64,000 bases of DNA. Origin: Sminthopsis crassicaudata. Its lineage: Eukaryota. The notes beneath the pieces were generated by a model that saw nothing but the letters and a program-made list of their open reading frames with translations, was not told where the DNA came from and did no database searches. Every line of letters begins with the position of its first letter. The first letter of the stretch is position 1. The translations under genes were made by a program, and so were the position numbers. Positions 27,877 to 38,364 of this stretch are shown one piece after another. The stretch spans positions 204,135,198-204,199,197 of the forward strand of contig NC_133622.1 of the NCBI RefSeq assembly GCF_048593235.1, written 5' to 3'.

Positions 27877-28018
27877 ATTTTTTTCCGAGGCAATTGGGGT
27901 TAAGTGACTTGCCCAAGATCACACAACCAGGAATGTTAAGTGTCTGAGGCCAGATTTAAAGTGAGGTTCTCCTGACTTCAGGGCTGATGCTCTGTCCACT
28001 ATTCCAACTAGCTTCCCC
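27877..28018 (-). mobile_element. WSINE1-type SINE in SAA-B intron 2, absent from SAA-D
   Basis: TSD AAGATCA at 27870-27876 and 28019-28025; single copy at the empty site near 42862. Confidence 0.85.
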
Positions 28019-28091
28019 AAGATCAGTCTTTAAATCTGAATTTATATTATTGGTCCACCTTCCCTTTTGACTCAAAGAAGTCTTTTTCTAG

Positions 28092-28230
28092 GTGCTGGGG
28101 ACATGTGGAGAGCCTACCGGGACATGCGGGAAGCCAACTATAAAAATTCAGACAAATACTTCCATGCTCGTGGGAACTTTGATGCTGCCCGGAGAGGACC
28201 TGGTGGGGCTTGGGCAGCCAAAGTGATCAG
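28092..28230 (+). CDS. SAA: SAA-B middle coding exon (139 nt)
   Basis: [47 protein letters not shown]; canonical AG/GT. Confidence 0.97.
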
Positions 28231-28378
28231 GTAATCACTCCCCATGTCAGCTTGCCTAGAATTTGCAGATGAAATCCCAGAAAAACTCACTATGGGACGA
28301 TATTTCCTTCTCCTTTTCCATGTGTCCCCAAGTACAAAACCGCTTTCTTCATCTATTTTCTACCTTTCTGTTTTCCAG

Positions 28379-28511
28379 TGATGGCCGAGAATTCTTGCAG
28401 TTTGGCAGCAGTGGTGCAGACTCTGATGCAGACCAATTTGCAAATGAATGGGGCAGGAGTGGCAAAGACCCCAATTATTTCAGGCCCCCTGGTCTGGACC
28501 CCAAATACTGA
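28379..28511 (+). CDS. SAA: SAA-B last coding exon
   Basis: [43 protein letters not shown]; AATAAA at 28603-28608. Confidence 0.96.
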
Positions 28512-28634
28512 GATGATTTGTCCCCTCTTCTTTTTCCCTCCCGCCCTCCCTTCTGTGCCATCTGGCCTGTGCTCTCTCTGTGGAGACTTATGCTTTGTGC
28601 TCAATAAACATCCAAGCAAAGAATGAAGTGTTTC

Positions 28635-29095
28635 CTTCTACACCTAAAAGCCATATCAAATGACCTAACTCTACCATTGAACTCATTATCTTTCCCCTAA
28701 AGCCTCCATCACTTTCCACATTTCCAGTGACCGTCGGGGGCGCCGCCCCCTCGCACTCCCGCGTGCTCCCAGCTGAGGTGTTTCCCTTGGCATTTCGCCG
28801 TCCCTCACCCCCATACCCGATCTGACTGTTACCTCGGCGGCATCTCTCAGGAAGCCCCTCCTCCCCTCTGACACCGCCACCTTTAATACTCACAGCCCGG
28901 GGCCAGTCCTCCCGCTTTCCCGCCCGGACCGCGGCAGCCGCCCAGGGTCAGTGCGGCCGCCACGGCTCTGTCCTCGCTCTCATCCCTTCTCCATCCGCCG
29001 CCGAGGGGATTTTCTACAGCAAAGCTCCGAGCGTGTGGCGCTTTCTCCGTCCGCCCAGAGCTTGCTCCAAGAACAAGGAAATTCTCTGTTAGGGA
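28635..29095 (+). mobile_element. GC-enriched L2 relic paralogous to 44995-45480
   Basis: Colinear with the L2 downstream of SAA-D but with many A/T to G/C changes. Confidence 0.75.
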
Positions 29096-30110
29096 CGGAA
29101 GGGATGCGGAGAGTGACGGGCAGCAGGTAAGGGATGCGGAGAGTGACGGGCAGCAGGGAAGGGATGCGGAGAGTGACGGGCAGCAGGGAAGGGATGCGGA
29201 GAGTGACGGGCAGCAGGGAAGGGATGCGGAGAGTGACGGGCAGCAGGGAAGGGATGCGGAGAGTGACGGGCAGCAGGGAAGGGATGCGGAGAGTGACGGG
29301 CAGCAGGGAAGGGATGCAGAGAGTGACGGGCAGCAGGGAAGGGGCGCGCGGGGGTTCCCGGCGGTCCCCCATGGCCGGGTGACAGACTGGAGCCGGAGGG
29401 GCCTCAGGTCACTTCGCCCAATCCCCTTTTTCGCAGCAGTCCCGCGGTTAAAGGGCCTGAAACGGCGGCTGCGGTCCCTCGGACTCTCCGGGCGCCGGCG
29501 CCGTGTCCGGGGTCTCCTCGGCGCAGACCCCGGGCCGGGTCAGTGCTGTCCCCCAGCGGGGATCCGAGGTCCCATCGGGCCCGGCCTCCTCGGCTCCGGG
29601 CCGCCGCATGCAGAGGGAGCAGCAAATTCCTGCTCCTTCCGCCCCCTGACGCCCGGCTCCCACAGCGCCCCAAAGCCCGGGGCCCGCTGCTCCTTCCCGG
29701 GGCTGGAGACACGAGCTCTGCCGCGCTAAAGGGAGAGGCGAATCCGCTCCCTGCCCCCCCCCCCCCCGTTCCCGCCGTGTCCCCCCCACGCGGGCTCCCC
29801 TGAGACAGCGCTCGGAGCCCAGCCCGACGCCCAGCCACGGCTCTGCCCCCTCTCCGTCCGTGCCCAGGGCTCTCCTCTCCTGAGAAAAACTCCGTAACCG
29901 GAGGCATGGGGGGGAGGGGGTGTGTGTCTGCAGAGACTTCTCCGAGGGAAAGAGGCGTGTCCCGGGTTAGCCCCGCCCCTTTCCCGAATCTCCTCCCAGG
30001 TGGCTCGGTTCTAGGCAGTAAAGTAGCCGGAGCCTGAGTGTGGAGCCCGAGTAACCTGAGAGCATTAGAGGCGGCCCGGAGGTGTTCCGCTTAGAGAAAA
30101 CCCTTCCGAA
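28730..30110. promoter_or_regulatory. CpG island, gene not assigned
   Basis: Very GC- and CpG-rich. GC box CCCCGCCCC near 29971 and ETS-like CCGGA/TTCCG motifs near 30025-30110. No recognisable protein in any frame. Confidence 0.7.
29101..29340 (+). repeat. 30-bp minisatellite, 8 copies
   Basis: Unit GGGATGCGGAGAGTGACGGGCAGCAGGGAA; only copies 1 and 8 carry a single mismatch. Confidence 0.97.
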
Positions 30111-30972
30111 GTACACACTTTTTTTTTTTCTTTTTAAAATTTCATTACTGCCATTTGCTAACTGGCTTCATTGCCTTGGTTTCCATTTCTGATTTAAAAA
30201 GAAAATTAATAATAATTTATTTTTCCAAATACATGCAAAGATAGTTTTCAGCATTCCCCTTTGTAAAAACCTTGTTTTCCAAATTATTCTCCCTCTCCTT
30301 CCCAAGACAGTAAGCAATCCAATATAGGTTACACATGGAGAACACAGCTTTAAAGAATCATTTGAAAGGCTGTTAAATGAAAATCCCCACACACCAAATA
30401 TTTTCACAGTAGTAAAGAAGTGGAAAGAAAGTAGATGCCCATCAGTTAGTGAATGGCTGAAAGCACTGTGTGTGTGAATGTGACACTGTAAGAAATGACA
30501 CATATGATGAATATAGAGAAGCAGCAAAATAGTGCAACGAACAAAATAAGCAGAGCCAGAAAAACAATATGCAAAATGACAACAATGTAAATGGAAAGAA
30601 CTGCTACAAAATAATCAGTACTGAATACTGCAAAACCACCAAGAACGAGCTTGGTCTCAAAGAAGAAATACCAGAAGACAATTCCTTTTACTCCCTAGAA
30701 GAGATGGGAGGTTCACAGGTATGATATATAGCATGTAGTCAAATTTTTAAAATATATCGATCAATTCTGCAGAATTATTTTTTTCAAAAATTCTTTATTG
30801 TCAGGCATCCTATATAAAGTAGGATTCAGACAGGTGATTGAACTACATGACCTCTAAGATTGTTTCTGATGATAGGATCCTAACAACAAAAGTATAAAGC
30901 TCAGTAAGAGATATGGTATGATTCTGTAAACACTGTACCCTTAGGAAATGATTTCTTGAGACTTGGCCCTAT

Positions 30973-31508
30973 TTACACAATTTTAAAAATGGGGTCCATC
31001 TGGTGACTGGTAGTTGCCACAATAGCCTGACCTTTCCCAGCCTTCTTCTTGCCTTCCACTTCATCTCTGTAAAGAAGAGACTGCAGGTAGTTAATGTACT
31101 TGATGGCCGCTCGGAGGGTTTCAACTTTACTGAGGCGCTTCTCCAGATATTCCTCGGGCAGGTGATGACGGAGCTGGGCATAGCCTTCATTGACACACTT
31201 GACTCTCTGTCTCTCCCTTTCATTTCTTTTCCTGATGAATGCTGGACCATAGGAGTATTCACATCTTCCATAAGAGGCATCTGAAAAGGGAACGAACAAG
31301 AATCTCCAAAGTTTTCCACAATCAGCTGCTCTGTTGCAAAAGGGAGCACTAGCAGGTCTTCAGAGTAAGGAGATGGGGCAGGGGCCTCTGGACAGAGGTG
31401 GAAAGTGACAACAGGGTCCAGGTGGAAAGACCGAGTGAGCTGCATGTGGGGAGAGTCACTAAAGCTGGGCAATTTGTCAGTCAGATTACAGTAGTTTTTG
31501 TTATCCAT
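30973..31508 (-). pseudogene. ASCL3: ASCL3 coding exon with a 7-bp deletion frameshift at about 31273
   Basis: N-terminal MDNKNYCNLTDKLPSFSDS...FQMP and C-terminal YGRCEYSYGPAFIRKRNERERQRVKCVNEGY...DPIFKIV* are each colinear with human ASCL3 but in different frames. Span is 536 nt versus 543 expected. Confidence 0.9.
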
Positions 31509-32597
31509 TATTTTCTGGATAACTGGAAGTATAAACAAATGTATTAATCCATCCAACAACATTTCAAATAAATAACATAATAACAATAAGCCAAATTACA
31601 GTTACAGATCTTCTAGCTCTAGACCTGGGTTCTTTCCACTACACTATGTTCCATCTTCTGTCACCCAAAAGAGTTATCTTCTTAAGGTGCTTCTGTTATG
31701 TGGGATGTTCAGTATTGCTTCTTATCACTTTGAAAACTAGATGGTGTATGTCATTGTCAGAGAAATAAAGCAGTTAAAAACCATTCAAAATCCAGAAGCA
31801 TAGTGGGTTTTGATGCAATTCTGATAGGTGAAAAATTAGATTCAAACTGATAAATTAGAAGGTATTTACAAAAAATGCCACAGGAGTTTTCAAATATTGA
31901 TTTACAAAAATGCTTCTTATACACAACTTGACATCCAAGCTGTTGGATAAGCTGAAGTACTTCTATCTATATTTAGTTCTCTTCTCATTGATAACAAAGG
32001 GACAAATATCCTGTCTCAGAGTGTGGTTTGACATGTCATTTCTTTCTGCATGAGTATGTCATCACCAGATTACTCTATTTTGCCATGACTTTCTGCCAGC
32101 ATATAAAATTTTGGAGTTGGAAGCAGCTTTCAAGGCCCAACCCATTAGTGAATGTGAACTAAATATGTTCTCTACATTCCCTTAGGTTTGGCCTCCAGAA
32201 CCCACCACCTCCTGAAGCTGTCTATTCCACTCATAGTTTTAATTAGAGGGAAATTTCTTCTGATATCAAGTCTAAATTTGTCCAAAGGTTGGAAAACACT
32301 GAGAATTTATTGGATCTTGACTGGTGATTTCATCAGTGTCAGTTTTCATCTGTAACTTAAATCCATACTTGTCAAAGACCAAGTTGGGCCCAGGTCTTCT
32401 TGACTCCAAAGCAGGTGCTTTATCCACCACACCAAGTTATATCCTTGTTCTATATTGCTCTAACAAGCCCAGACATTTTTTTCATACAGACTACTATCTA
32501 GTTTTATCTTCCTTTGTAACCTTTCTTATACAACTCAACTGATGCTTCACCAGAAGCACTTGTCTGCCAAGAGTGTTCCATAGGAAAATGTTTTCTC

Positions 32598-33330
32598 TAT
32601 ATCCCAAAGAGCTTATAGTAAAGAAGGGAAATGCACCCGTATGCACCAAAATGTTTGTGGCAGCCCTTTTTGTATGGCTGGAAACTGAAAAATGAATGGA
32701 TGCCCATTGATTGGAGAATGGTTGGGTAAATTGTGGTATATGAATGTTATGAAATATTATTGTTCTATAAGAAATGACCAGCAGGATGATTTCAGAAAGG
32801 CCTGGAGAGACTTACGTGAACTGATGCTGAGTGAAATGATCAGAACTAGGAGATCATTACACACAGCAACAACAATACTATATGAGGATCAATTCTGATG
32901 GATGTGGCCATCTTCAACACTGAGAAGATCCAAATGAATTCCAATTGATCTGTAATGAACAGAACCAGCTACATCCAGAGAAAGAACATTGGAAAATGAG
33001 TATGGACCAACATAACATTTCCACTCTTTACTGTTGGCTTGCATTTTTGTTTTTTTTCTTCTCAGGCTACTTTTACCTTCTTTCTAAATCTGATCTTTCT
33101 TGTGCAACAAGATAACTGTATGAACAGGTATACAAATATTGTATTTAACATATACTTTAACGTATTTAACATGTATGGGACTACCTGCCATCTGGGGGTT
33201 GGAGGGAAGGAAGGGAAAAATTGGAACAAAAAGTTTTGCAATTGTCAGTGCTAAAAAATTACCCATATATATATCTTGTAAATAAAGGTATAATAAAAAA
33301 TAATAAAATAATTTTTAAAAATAAAAAAAA
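32598..33330 (+). mobile_element. L1 3' fragment abutting the SAA-C breakpoint
   Basis: MNGCPLIGEWLGKLWYMN...YEDQF ORF2 C-terminus, 3'UTR and A-rich tail; no clear TSD. Confidence 0.85.
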
Positions 33331-33351
33331 ATATTTTTCAAGAGCCCTTAC

Positions 33352-34200
33352 CTAGGTGACACTGATCGAGGAAATCTAGTCCATTGAAACCAATTCTGGC
33401 TATTGACACTCAGGATCAGGGAGAAGAGAAAGAGGTTTGGGACAAACTTCATTGCTCCTGTCAGGCTGGAAGTAGGAAGCAGATGGATGCTCAGGGAGAC
33501 CTGCCAATGCTCATAAATCCCTTTTATTTTTGGTGGTTTTTTTCATATTCCTTTCTCCATATTTGTGAAGTCCTTTATTTTTTGAAGGAAGTGTTTACCA
33601 TCTCCAAAGTTATTTGGACTGACAGCAACCCCCCCATTGTAACTGGGTTCAATCAGCTTTAAGGAAAACCTTAAAGCCATGTGGAGAGGGAACCACTCAG
33701 CTTTTGGGGACTTTCCTCCCAATTTTGCCATTGTCCTGCAGAGGCCAGGCAGTCAGCAGGCAACTCTCAGGAGGTGATCTGTCAATCGATTCAATTCAAT
33801 TCAAAAAATATTTGACAGTGTGCTTGTTAGATGCCAGGTTCATCCCTATTCCTTAGAGATTAAAAAATACACAAAAAAGGAAGCAATCCCTGCTCTCAAG
33901 GTGATCAATAACCTTCTACAGATACATGAACAGTTTTGTTTAGTCCTAAAGCCACAGAAAAGAAATAAAAGACAAAGAACCTGGCCTATATGTGAGAAAG
34001 ACAGGAGCAAGAAGGGCAGAGCCTCAAAGAAACATAAGCTCACCTTAGGCTCCTTCTCCTTTCTCAGGTTGGTGGGGAGACTTAGCCCTGAGGCTTGCTG
34101 GGCATTGAACAGAGACTGATAGTTATAGAAATCTTTCACCATAGGGAGTGAATCTGTTGGCCAATTGCAGCCAAGGTAAGTTGGGGAATTCCCCCTTGAA
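33352..34200 (-). pseudogene. SAA: SAA-C: truncated paralog of SAA-A (promoter, exon 1, frameshifted first coding exon 33352-33452; later exons absent)
   Basis: MKFVPNLFLFSLILSVNSQNWFQWT, then a 2-nt deletion (ACTGTGGAT to ACTAGAT; exon 101 vs 103 nt). Exon 1 donor at 34044 and kappaB palindrome at 34183-34194. Homology to SAA-A stops at about 33340, next to an L1 tail. Confidence 0.88.
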
Positions 34201-35684
34201 ATTTTTTCCTGGTTGGTTATAGAAATAAGTACCCAAACCAAAAATCTATCATCTTCCTAGATTGCAAAATATTTAATTTGGGTACCTTAGGAGATTTTCC
34301 TGTTTGCACAGTTTCTTCAATGTTCAGTGCCATGAAAAGAAAAACATAGCAAATGAATGACACAGCACATCAAGCCAAAAAATCACAGACACAAAATGTC
34401 ATGGATGTACTGCAGTCTCTATCATTTATTATATCCAACCTAGAGGAGACATATATATATGCATATTTAGATAGATATAGATAGATAACTGTGAGTAATT
34501 TTGGGTTTTCTTAATTGACATTTTTATGTTTTTTTTTTTTTAAAGCACTTAATACAGGTCTTATTTGAGCTTCACAAAAATTTCCTGAGATACATTTTAT
34601 TTCCATTTTCTAGATAAAGGAACTCTGGCCTGGAGTGGTCAAACCCAGAGAAAGTTAAAAAGTTTACACAGAGCTTAACTGAATTAAACTTTATTTATTT
34701 TCTAATTTTCATTTATGCCTGACACTTGGCTCCTTCTATTCCTTTTGCATGCAAAATTCTTCCTTTCCACCTGTCTTCAAGAGGCAGCAGATCTGCCATT
34801 TCCTTCAATGAGGCCTTCTCTAATTATTCCATTCTAGAGGAGCCCTCCCAGTTCCCAAATCTTCCTAACTTGTCCTGAGGCAAACAACATGGTTGAGTCT
34901 GTGTGTGAGGTGAATATCAAGAACTCTCTCCATATGTAACTGAAGAAAGAAACATACATTTCTGCCTTTTTTTGCATTTAGACCACCTCAGTCCCGGTTA
35001 ACCAATTCTGTGTGGGAGAAGGGAAAGAAAGGTCCACAGAGATCCATGAAAATCATCGGGGGTCCTCTAGACTTGTCCCTCTCATGTTTCTTAGGTTGTG
35101 TAGGACTCATGTGGTACATTCCTTTCCTTCCATATCTCTCATGGTTCAGGTTCAGCTCCTGGACTGCAGCAGAGCTGGACAGAGAGTATGTGTCAGAGAT
35201 GATGTGTCAGAAAGCATCCCAAGCCCCACTCTGCCACAGAGAGAACCTCCCATCCATCATCAGGGTACACAATCTAGCAGTGAACATTCATGGCAACCGT
35301 TTATTGTTTCACAATGATGCAACTCTTCTGCCAATGAGATTGTCAATTCTGTGAATGTAGGAGATGTGTCTTATTCTTGTACTGTATCCCATAGAACTTA
35401 CCTCAGTGTTTTGTTTTGTTTTTTTTTTTTGGGGGGGGGAGGCTTCTACTAATATTATTCTTTTAAAAATAATACTAGCTTTTTCTTTTTCAAAATGCAT
35501 GCAAAATAGTTTTCAACTTTCACCCCTGCAAAACCCTGTGTTTCTAATTTTTCTCCCTCCCTTCAAAGGGGTTGGACTAATTCCCATCTAGTGCATAAGT
35601 AAGGATGTTTTCTCTCACTTCTTCCTCCCTCCTTCTTATCTATCTTTAGGGATTTTTTCCCTTAGAATTCTATTCCCTTTATAG

Positions 35685-36399
35685 GATATATATAGCTGGA
35701 AAAATAGTAGGTTTTTTTTTTCATATTCCTTTCTCCACATTTGTGAAGTCCATCCTTTTTTGAAAGAAGTGTTTAATATCTCCAAAGTTATCTGGACTGA
35801 GAGCAACCTTTGCATTTTAACCAGGTTCAATTTGCTCTAAGGAAAACCCCAAAGCAATGTGGAGATGGCATATTACTGTATTATTGTGCTAAATTTTATT
35901 TTGCTGTCCTATTAATTGTTATTACTGTGCTAAAAGAAATGATGAGCTCAAGGATCTTAGAAAAATGTGGAAGATATATAAAATAATAATTGTTTTCAAA
36001 ACAACTTTGAGTGAATAAGTTATTTTATCTATTATAAATACCCAAATTAACTATAAGAGACATATGAAGAAAGATGCCATCTGCTTCTAGTGAAAGAACT
36101 GACAAAACTTTTTTACATCCATACATTTATAGGTGTGTGTATATGTATATACATACATACAGGTATACATATTTATTGCCTAATGGTAGTCATTTCTAGG
36201 GTGAGTTAAGGAGGGTAGTCAAAAAAGAAGAAAAAAAGTAATTTCCATGATAATTTTGTTTTATATTTGAAGGAATAGCAAGTTATGCTTAATAGATTTG
36301 CAGATTTATATGCGATCACCTTTTTATGATATTATATTATGAGAAGCCTTGTTCTATTCCATAAATAAGTATTAATGTAAAAAATAAAACAAATTTAAA
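35685..36399 (+). mobile_element. TSD-bounded L1-type insertion whose 5' part resembles SAA-A/C intron 1
   Basis: 21-bp direct repeat AGAATTCTATTCCCTTTATAG at 35664-35684 and 36400-36420; A-rich tail; 35716-35870 aligns to 21750-21900 and 33535-33690. Confidence 0.65.
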
Positions 36400-38212
36400 A
36401 GAATTCTATTCCCTTTATAGCATCTTTTTCTGTGCAGATTTTCAAAATTCAATATACTTAAATGAAATGTTTTTCCCTTCAGTTTTGTTAAGTGTGATTA
36501 TAAATGCTATCCCAGTGTGAGGATGAGGTGAGGGGGAATCATTGAGATAAACTCCAAGGAGATTTTTCTTTATGCTTCATAGATTATATTCCACTTCCTC
36601 GCTTAGGAGTACATTTTAAAAACTATTCTCTCTCTGTGTATAGATATATACCTATCTATGTGTAGATCTATATCCATATTTACATACATACCTACATATG
36701 AGCTTCTAGTCCACCGAAATCAACCTCCAGAACGTCAGATCTTTTCCACACACTTTACAACCTATGTCTCCCTTAACTTGCACTCCTGAAGTTGCTTGTT
36801 TCAATCAGTTTTAGATATCACTTTTGCTTTACCTCTCTTAAATTATTAAATTTAACTGTCAAGGAACTGCCAAAATCTTCTTAAATCTATCTCTGTCAAT
36901 TAATGATTCACAGCTTATGTTCATTTACCAATGCACAAAGGATGCAGTGATCTGAACAGTTGGTAAAAATGTGATATAGCAGATAGAAAAGCCCAGATGC
37001 CAAAGGTGTTCCACTAGAAGCCATTCTCCAAGATACTCAATCAATAATAATTACTGCTGGGATCTGCTTACACAACTAGTTATGAATTCAACTAAATGTA
37101 CTATTGGCAAGTTCACATCCTTCCAGTTTATCCACAAGAAATGCATCAAAGATTTTGTCAAAGACTTTGCTAAAAAACTATATTTCCCTTATTTGCCAGC
37201 TGAAAAAAGAAAAGGAAATTAATCCAGCACATGACCTGTGCTTGATGAAGCCATGGTGAATGTTTCTACCTACTGCTTCTTCTGTTTGATGATCACGTGA
37301 TATACTTTCAATAATATTCTTTTATTAATTTAAGCTATCCTTTTGATAATGCATCCTGAAATTTTATCAGAAATTAAAGGGGTAATAAGTGCAAAAAGTT
37401 TAAGAAGCTCTGTCTACAGAATTCACTATCTTTTTTTGATGAACATGTGTACAAAATTTATCCCCCTTCAATACTCCTCTCTGTTACTTAAACTTTCAAA
37501 CCACCCCAACTCTCAGGTATTTCAGTATTCTAGGATATAGTACAAAAAGGCCATGTGATTTAAAGGCATTCTTTCAGTATCCCCTTATATATTAATTGGG
37601 CACCATTTCCACAGTAACCGTGTATTTTACGTCCTTTCTAGTCCAAAAATCATCATTCTCAACAGAAAACACAATGAAAACTTATCGAAATATCTTGTTT
37701 CCTCTCTGCTGTCAGTTGTCATTTCTGTTTTTCATATCCACCCCAAACTATTTCTGCATCTTTTCTTTGATTTTGTTTTTCTCAGAAGACTTTTTCTCAA
37801 AAGTAAAAAAGATTTCTTTCTGGATTGATCTTCTATTGTTCTGGAAACACCATAGTAAAATGGGCACTTGTGCTGTTTTAGAATGCTACAAGACCCCTAG
37901 TTGTCTTGAGAGATGAATAAATCCCTTAGCTATCATTTCAGATTGACTCCACAACTTTTTCTGGTAATTCTCATTACGTAATCTAAGACACATGTTATAT
38001 TTATCATAACATAAGATGTGCACCAGAATAGGTAACAACTCTGGCCTCTTACTTAACATTTTTAACTTAACTCATGGGGTTGGAAGTTTATTTTATTTCT
38101 TTTTTTAGTTCAGTTCAAAATGAACATGTAAAGTTTTCAGTTGAAAAAAATGTCCTCTGAGAGCAACTGATTTGCTTAGGTCACTCACTCCTTTCTAAAA
38201 AGGCCTGTAGAA

Positions 38213-38364
38213 GGGGCAGCTAGGTGGCGCAGTGGATAGAGCACCGGCCTCGAATTCAGGAGGACCTGAGTTCTAAATTGGCCTCAGACACTTAACACTT
38301 CCTAGCTGTGTGACCCTGGCAAGTCACTTAACCCCAGCCTCAGGGAAAATAAATAAATATAAAC
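38213..38364 (+). mobile_element. WSINE1-type SINE, cassette 2 only
   Basis: ggggcagctaggtggcgcagtggatagagc; imperfect TSD aaaaag(g/t)cctgt(a/t)gaa; empty site near 24375. Confidence 0.9.

Noticed and set aside
29134-29382. 82-aa ORF of MRRVTGSREG repeats and its 130-aa antisense partner
   Set aside because: A by-product of a 30-bp stop-free minisatellite; no splice or homology support.
29404-29907. GC-rich ORFs as C11orf16, AKIP1, TMEM9B or SAAL1 exon 1
   Set aside because: Only tiny matches (WDL, LARQSSC) in the wrong order and different frames; long ORFs are expected in GC-rich DNA.
30973-31299. Intact short ASCL3 starting at 31299
   Set aside because: The start codon is TTG, not ATG, and the true N-terminus lies in another frame.
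35010-35354. 114-aa ORF in a cassette-2-specific insert
   Set aside because: No recognisable homology, non-ATG start, no convincing splice frame.
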